Assembly (NCBI GenBank): GCA_000004695.1 | Contig: CM000151.3 | Span: forward strand, 1,984,001 to 2,048,000 | DNA length: 64,000 nt | Reading direction: 5' to 3' | DNA from: Dictyostelium discoideum | Lineage: Eukaryota | In this document: piece by piece, positions 58,310-64,000 of the stretch | Numbering within the stretch: the stretch's first letter is position 1 | How the letters are laid out: every line of letters begins with the position of its first letter | Position numbers and translations under genes: made by a program | The notes under the pieces: generated by a model | What the model saw: the letters and a program-made list of their open reading frames with translations, nothing else | Database searches by the model: none | What the model was told of the DNA's origin: nothing

Positions 58310-60097
58310 CAAAAAAAAACAGACTGTTGATAAAGTTAATAAATTTTTAGAAATTTTATTAGAAGAAGATTCAGATTATATAAATATAGAATATATACCA
58401 ATGATGGAAAATATTTTAAATAGAGTTTATTCAACAAATTTATCTACAACATTAATAAAACCATCTCCAAGAATCTTTAATTTCATATTGAATTTAGGAA
58501 AATTACAAGTTGCTGATATTGAAAATCATAAAAAGTTCATTCCAATGTTACGTTCACTTTTGGCAATTTTAGCAATTAATAATATTTCATTTTTAAAATT
58601 AACAAAATTCATTTTTCGTTTAGTTCATATAATTTGTGATATACCACTTTCAAATTATTCTTTTGAAAAAAGACAAACAATTTTTAAAAATCATTATTCT
58701 TCAATTATTCCATTTATTTTTGAAAATTTTATAAATGTAATGTATAAATAAATAAATAAATAAATAATATAAATAAATAATATAAATAATAAAAATAAAT
58801 ATTAATTTTTTTTTTTTTTTTTAAATTTTATATAAAAAAATAGTGTAAAGATGATTTAAATATATTAAAAAATTTATTTGGTGAAATTGTTGAACAATTT
58901 TCATATCAACATTTATTATCATTAATTCAAAATAATAGATTTGAAAAGGTAACATTAAATATTATATCATCATTGAATGCTGGACCAACATTGGAAAAGA
59001 ATATAATGTCAATATTTAATACAATAGTTTGTTTCATTAATTATGATATTCTAAGGGATGATGCATATCAATTACTTGAACATCATATGGCAAATTTTGG
59101 TTGTTACTTGGCAGAGTTACATTCATACATTTTACCATTGGTTTATAAACAACAACATAATTTCCCAATATCAACTTTTAAAGCTTACTTTAAATCTCAT
59201 GAACTTTTAACATTATCACAATTTCCAATTTTATTTAAAAATTTATCAACAACAAGAATTGATATTATTAATCATACTTTATTAACACATAATAAAGAAA
59301 TTATTGAAACTGTAAGTTTAATAATAATTAATAATAAATAAATAAATAAATAAATAATAATAATAATTACTTACCCCTCCCCCCTTTTTTTAAAAAATTA
59401 ATTTTTAAAGCATTTTTATAATTTTATACCAAAATTATTAGAAGTTTTATTAGATAATACTATTGAAAGACCATATTATGTTTTACCAAGTATTGGATCA
59501 TCAATTCAAACAATTGGAAAGAATGAATTTTTTGATAAAGTTGTATTGAATATTTCAAATCATTTATTTTCAATAAAAGTATTAAGATTAGATAATTATG
59601 ATGTTGGTTCAATTGGTGAGATTATATTGGGTTTATTTAAAATTTATAAGGCATATTCAAGGGATTATGTTAATCTTTGGAATTTAGGTATTAATACATT
59701 TTTATATTATTTAAATACAACTTCAACTACAATGTATTTAATACCATATGTAAAGGATATATTAGAGAAGTATCCAATTGATTCAATACCATACGTTAAA
59801 CAATTTGAAGAGAAATTATTAAAGAATTTTGAAATCATTTCAATAAATTCAACAAATAAAGAAATCATTGATCAATATATAGAACTATTTGAAAAGTTAT
59901 CCACTATTAAATATTTCAATTATCTATATAATTATAATTTAAAACCACCCCAATTACAATCATCTTTAAATTCTTCAAATGGTTCTTTGCCAAATTTCAC
60001 TCCTCTTCAAAAATCACAATCAATAAATTCTTTCTCTGGTTCTTCTTCAAATAATTCATTATATAAATCACAATCAATTACAATAATTCATGGTGGA

Positions 60098-60131
<34 letters not shown>

Positions 60132-63100
60132 CATCATCGTCATCTTCAAATGTATTAAATAATAGTAGTAACAGTTTAACAAAATCAACAAGTAATGGCG
60201 TACTATCATCATTTGTAATTCATAAATTTACATTAAATAAGATAATTGATTCTTTAAAATTAGTTAATAGTAAATTTAAGAATCATAAGATTAATCATTC
60301 AATTTTAAAGATTATAGCATCATTATTTAATGAATTTGGTATGGATAAGAAAACTGGTAATATTAAACATATAATTGGTATTTTGAATCAACATGAAATT
60401 GTAGACTTGATTAAATCTTATAATTTAAATAACTCTTTGATTTTATCATCAAATTCAATTTATCAATTGTTTTCATTGGATATGGTTAATGGTATTGGTA
60501 ATGATATTAAAATCTTATTCAATCAATTAGTTAAAGAATCACGTTCTTTCATTTTACAATATTCAAAACAATTCATTAGAGATTTAGTAATAAACTCTGC
60601 TTTAATTGATCAAACTAGTTATGGTAATCAAAATAGTCTATTCATTGGTGACCAGAAATTCAATCACATTCGTTCCTTTTTTAATTTCATTATTTCAATT
60701 AATGGTGACACAATTAATAATTATCTATTGGAAGTTTTATTATTATATTCAAAATATTCAAAAATAAATAATAATAATAATAATAATTCAACTTCTTTAT
60801 CATCACTCTCTTCCTACTCATCAAAGAATTATTATAATCAAGGTAATGAATTATTGGAGAAATTAATTTGTTTTTTAATTGAAGATAATAATCATTTCCC
60901 ATTAAGTCAATCAAATTTAGATTATATTATTCAATTAAGAAGTAAAACTTCTCAACATTTTGTTGAAAGAATTTGGAAAGTTTATGGATTAGAAACTCTT
61001 AAACGTTCAAAATATTTCGATCGTTATTATGAAGTTGTTTCAATTAGTAATACAAAATTTAAATTATCAACAGCTATATTAAATAATATTAATAATAATA
61101 GTAATAATAATACTACAACTATTAATGTTCCAACAAGATCACCATTATCACCAAGACCTTCTGATAATAAAGATTTAACAAATGAAGTTTTACCATCAAG
61201 TAGTAGTAGTTCTATTAGTAGTAGTGGCGGTGGTGGTTCAACCCCATTAGATTCATCATCAACAACAACTACTCCTTCAAATTCATCAGTTACAAGTAAT
61301 AATGGTGGTGATGGAAGTAGTAGCAGTGGCAGTAGTGTGACAAGTAGTGTCGTATCATCACCAGTTGTTGGTGTAAGTGGTGGTGTTAAAACTACATCAA
61401 CTTTAACAACAATTACAAAAACAACATCAGTTGTCGAAACTAAGGTTAATAGATATTCAAATATATCTGGTAATGGTGACATTATTAAATCTTCAACTAC
61501 TGAAATCCTTGAAAAACCAACACAAATCTCATCGGTAACTGAAACTAAAGTTAATAGATATGCAAATATCTCTGGTAATGGTGATATTATTAAACCTTCA
61601 ACTAATGAAGTCCTTGAGAAACCAACACAACTCTCATCGGTTACAACTTCAAAAGCTACCAATAGTACACCAGGTGTTCATACTGCTGCAGGTATTGAAA
61701 TTCTACCAAATAAACAAAATCGTTATTCAAATATCTCTGGTAATGGTGATATTCAAGAATCTGGTAAAACTACATCATTAGCTTATCTTGATAAACCTTC
61801 TTCTTCCTCATCATCATCAAATGAAAATAAAGTTGATCAAACTGCTTCAATTCATAATAATCCTTCAATAGCTACTCATACAACTGGTAGTAGTCATAGT
61901 TTCTTAAAACCTTCAAATAGTGGTGTAAATGTTTTAAATAATGAAATTTATAAACCAACTTTAATTTCCCAAAATTTAATAAATAATAAATTATTATCAC
62001 CAACTTCAGCAACAACAACAACTACCACAACTACAACTACTACATCACCATCATCGTCAACAACAACAACAAACAATTATAATAAAACATCAACAAGTAT
62101 TTCACCAACAATTTCATCTACATCATCAAATTATTCATCACCATATGAATCATTACCACCAAGTCCATCAGTTTCAACAACAATGATTAAACAAAGTAAT
62201 TTTACAAGATCACCATCAGGTAAATCATATCAATTTATTAAATTAAAGAATCATATTGATGATTATGGTTTCTTAATTTTAAATGAATCAAATAAACCAG
62301 TTGTACAACTTGATTCAAAATTGATAAGTTTAATTATTAAACATTATGTAAATGATTTAACAATTGATATAAAGGATAAAATTGATATATTAGGTACAGT
62401 TTCAAGAGAATTCTTTAAATTATTATCAATTGAATTATCAAATCTTAAAACAATTTGTCATTTCATTAGATCAAAACCATTGGTAAATGAATATGATACA
62501 ACTCAATTATCAGATTACTCTTTAATTAAATCAATACCAAATTGTTTTTCAATGGATTCAATTCATAAATTTCCTTTAGTTTTTATTTTATCAAATCATA
62601 ACAAATTATTTAATCAAGTTAATACATTAGAAATTAATCCAAAATCATTATATACTTTTGATTTAATTAATTCTTCAGAACAACAACAACAACAACAACA
62701 ATATCCATTATTAAAAAATTTAATAATTACAAATAATGTTGGTGAATGTGTTAATCCATCATTTAATGGTGAAGATATTGCTTTCCAATGTTTAAAAAAT
62801 TATATTGATCAATTAGAGAGATTGGATTTAAATTATAATTATTCAGGTTTATCATTGGATGGTGCAATGGATTTGGAAAAAGATTTAATAGATTGTCAAC
62901 TTTTAAATGAATTAAATTCATCAAAGAATACTCAATTAAAAACTAGAATCTCTTTGAAGTCAATTCATTCAATGTCAAGTTTAACAGTTTTGTATAATAA
63001 TTTATTATGTAAAAATTTGAAAACACCAATGGTGCCCACTTCAAACACTACTACTACGAATCCTACAATTGTTCTTGTTGAAAATGGGGTTAGTATTAAT

Positions 63101-63835
63101 CAATGTAAATCAATCTTGATTGATGTTAAATTATCAAAACAATGTAAAGATTCAATAATTGATGGTGAACAACAATTTAAAGTTCAAATGGTACCTTTTT
63201 TTAGATCTTTAGATATTCATTATCCAGAGAATGATTTCATATTTAAGCATCCATCTGATAGTTATTTAAATTTACAAAGTTTATCAATTAATTTAAATAC
63301 TAGTACTGCTAATATTGGTAATGGTGGTGGTAGTGGTTCAAATACTCCTTCAAGATCTTCACCAATTCCAGGTGGTGCTGGTGCTGGTACTGGTACAAAT
63401 ATTGGTAATTCACCTGTTGGATTTTCACAATCAACATTTTTAAATCTATATTTAAAGAATAAGAAAATTAAATTATCAAAATTAAAGTTTAAAACCAATT
63501 CATTATCTTTAATTAATCAATTGTTAACTCAATCTCAATTTGAATCATGTTCAAACTCAATTAAAACAATTGAAATTTTAATTGATTTAGATACAAGTAC
63601 AATTCATTATGATCACATGTCTATCATTAATGGTGATTTCTTTGCTTCAGATTTAAATCAATTATTTTCCATTTTGGAAAAGAATAAATCAATTGAAAAG
63701 GTTATTATTTCAACTTCAAATGATCACAATGATATGATTTTCATTGATAGAGATCATTGGAATAGAATTAATACTGGTTCTTTTAAACCAATTAGATTAA
63801 ATTCTTTAAATTTGTTTGAAAGATTTTTATCATAA
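57459..63835 (+). CDS. Large (roughly 1900 aa) uncharacterised protein, at least 6 exons. Confident exons: 57459..57530, 57672..57894, 58323..58736, 58844..59311, 59411..63835. A probable additional exon begins at 58013; its 3' junction is unresolved
   Basis: ATG MATSTTTTLNFQITTIIIQITSEN|GTAAGT. Acceptor TATAG|GCAGAT gives ADKLSIENSIKSFNSLIGKTYKD...KFDEFI + G|GTATGT (phase 1). Acceptor TATAG|AA restores the frame in EYMKWAESEDRLRGEIAINILCTMEGYSYFKNFENGLDFLSQFDYFKLSIT.... Exon from AAACAG|ACT: TVDKVNKFLEILLEED...FENFIN|GTAATG. Acceptor AAATAG|TGT: CKDDLNILKN...HNKEIIET|GTAAGT. Acceptor TTTAAAG|CAT: HFYNFIPKLLEVLLDN... through the 1429-aa ORF to TAA 63833-63835. There is no family-level match I can name; S/T/N-rich tracts and an internal 3x tandem repeat are present. 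Confidence 0.55.
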
Positions 63836-64000
63836 ATTATCAATTAATAAAATAAATAAAAAAAATTAAATAATAAAAAAAAATTAAAAAAAAAAAAAAA
63901 AAAAAAATTAAAGTGTAACACAATAATCCTATTCTTAATTTTTATCATTTTAAAATTCAATTCATGATTATTCACTGATTAAAATTAAAAAATTAAATTA

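Overview
The window is Dictyostelium-type nuclear DNA. It is about 78% AT, with A/T homopolymer intergenic runs, Asn/Gln-rich coding microsatellites and short AT-rich GTAAGT/GTATGT...AG introns. It is gene-dense: I can support about 19 protein-coding genes on both strands. Most have 1-4 small introns, which I mapped by hand from donor/acceptor sites and reading-frame continuity. Recognisable products are: dihydropteridine reductase; a PTPMT1/PLIP dual-specificity phosphatase; a neutral-sphingomyelinase-like EEP protein; a 2551-aa highly reducing type I polyketide synthase (KS-AT-DH-cMT-ER-KR-ACP); a PP2C phosphatase; a Cho2-type phosphatidylethanolamine N-methyltransferase; a J-domain/multi-TM/zf-MYND protein; VPS54; a FNIP-repeat protein; ribosomal protein S4 with an ATG-only first exon; an IRE1-like kinase+KEN RNase protein without a lumenal domain; a SNX1/2 (Vps5)-type PX-BAR sorting nexin; a FAM13-like RhoGAP; Exo70; SF3A1; and several low-complexity unknowns. 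I found no rRNA, tRNA, CRISPR or obvious transposon. Intron/exon coordinates are manual models. Two exon junctions could not be closed with canonical splice sites and are flagged.
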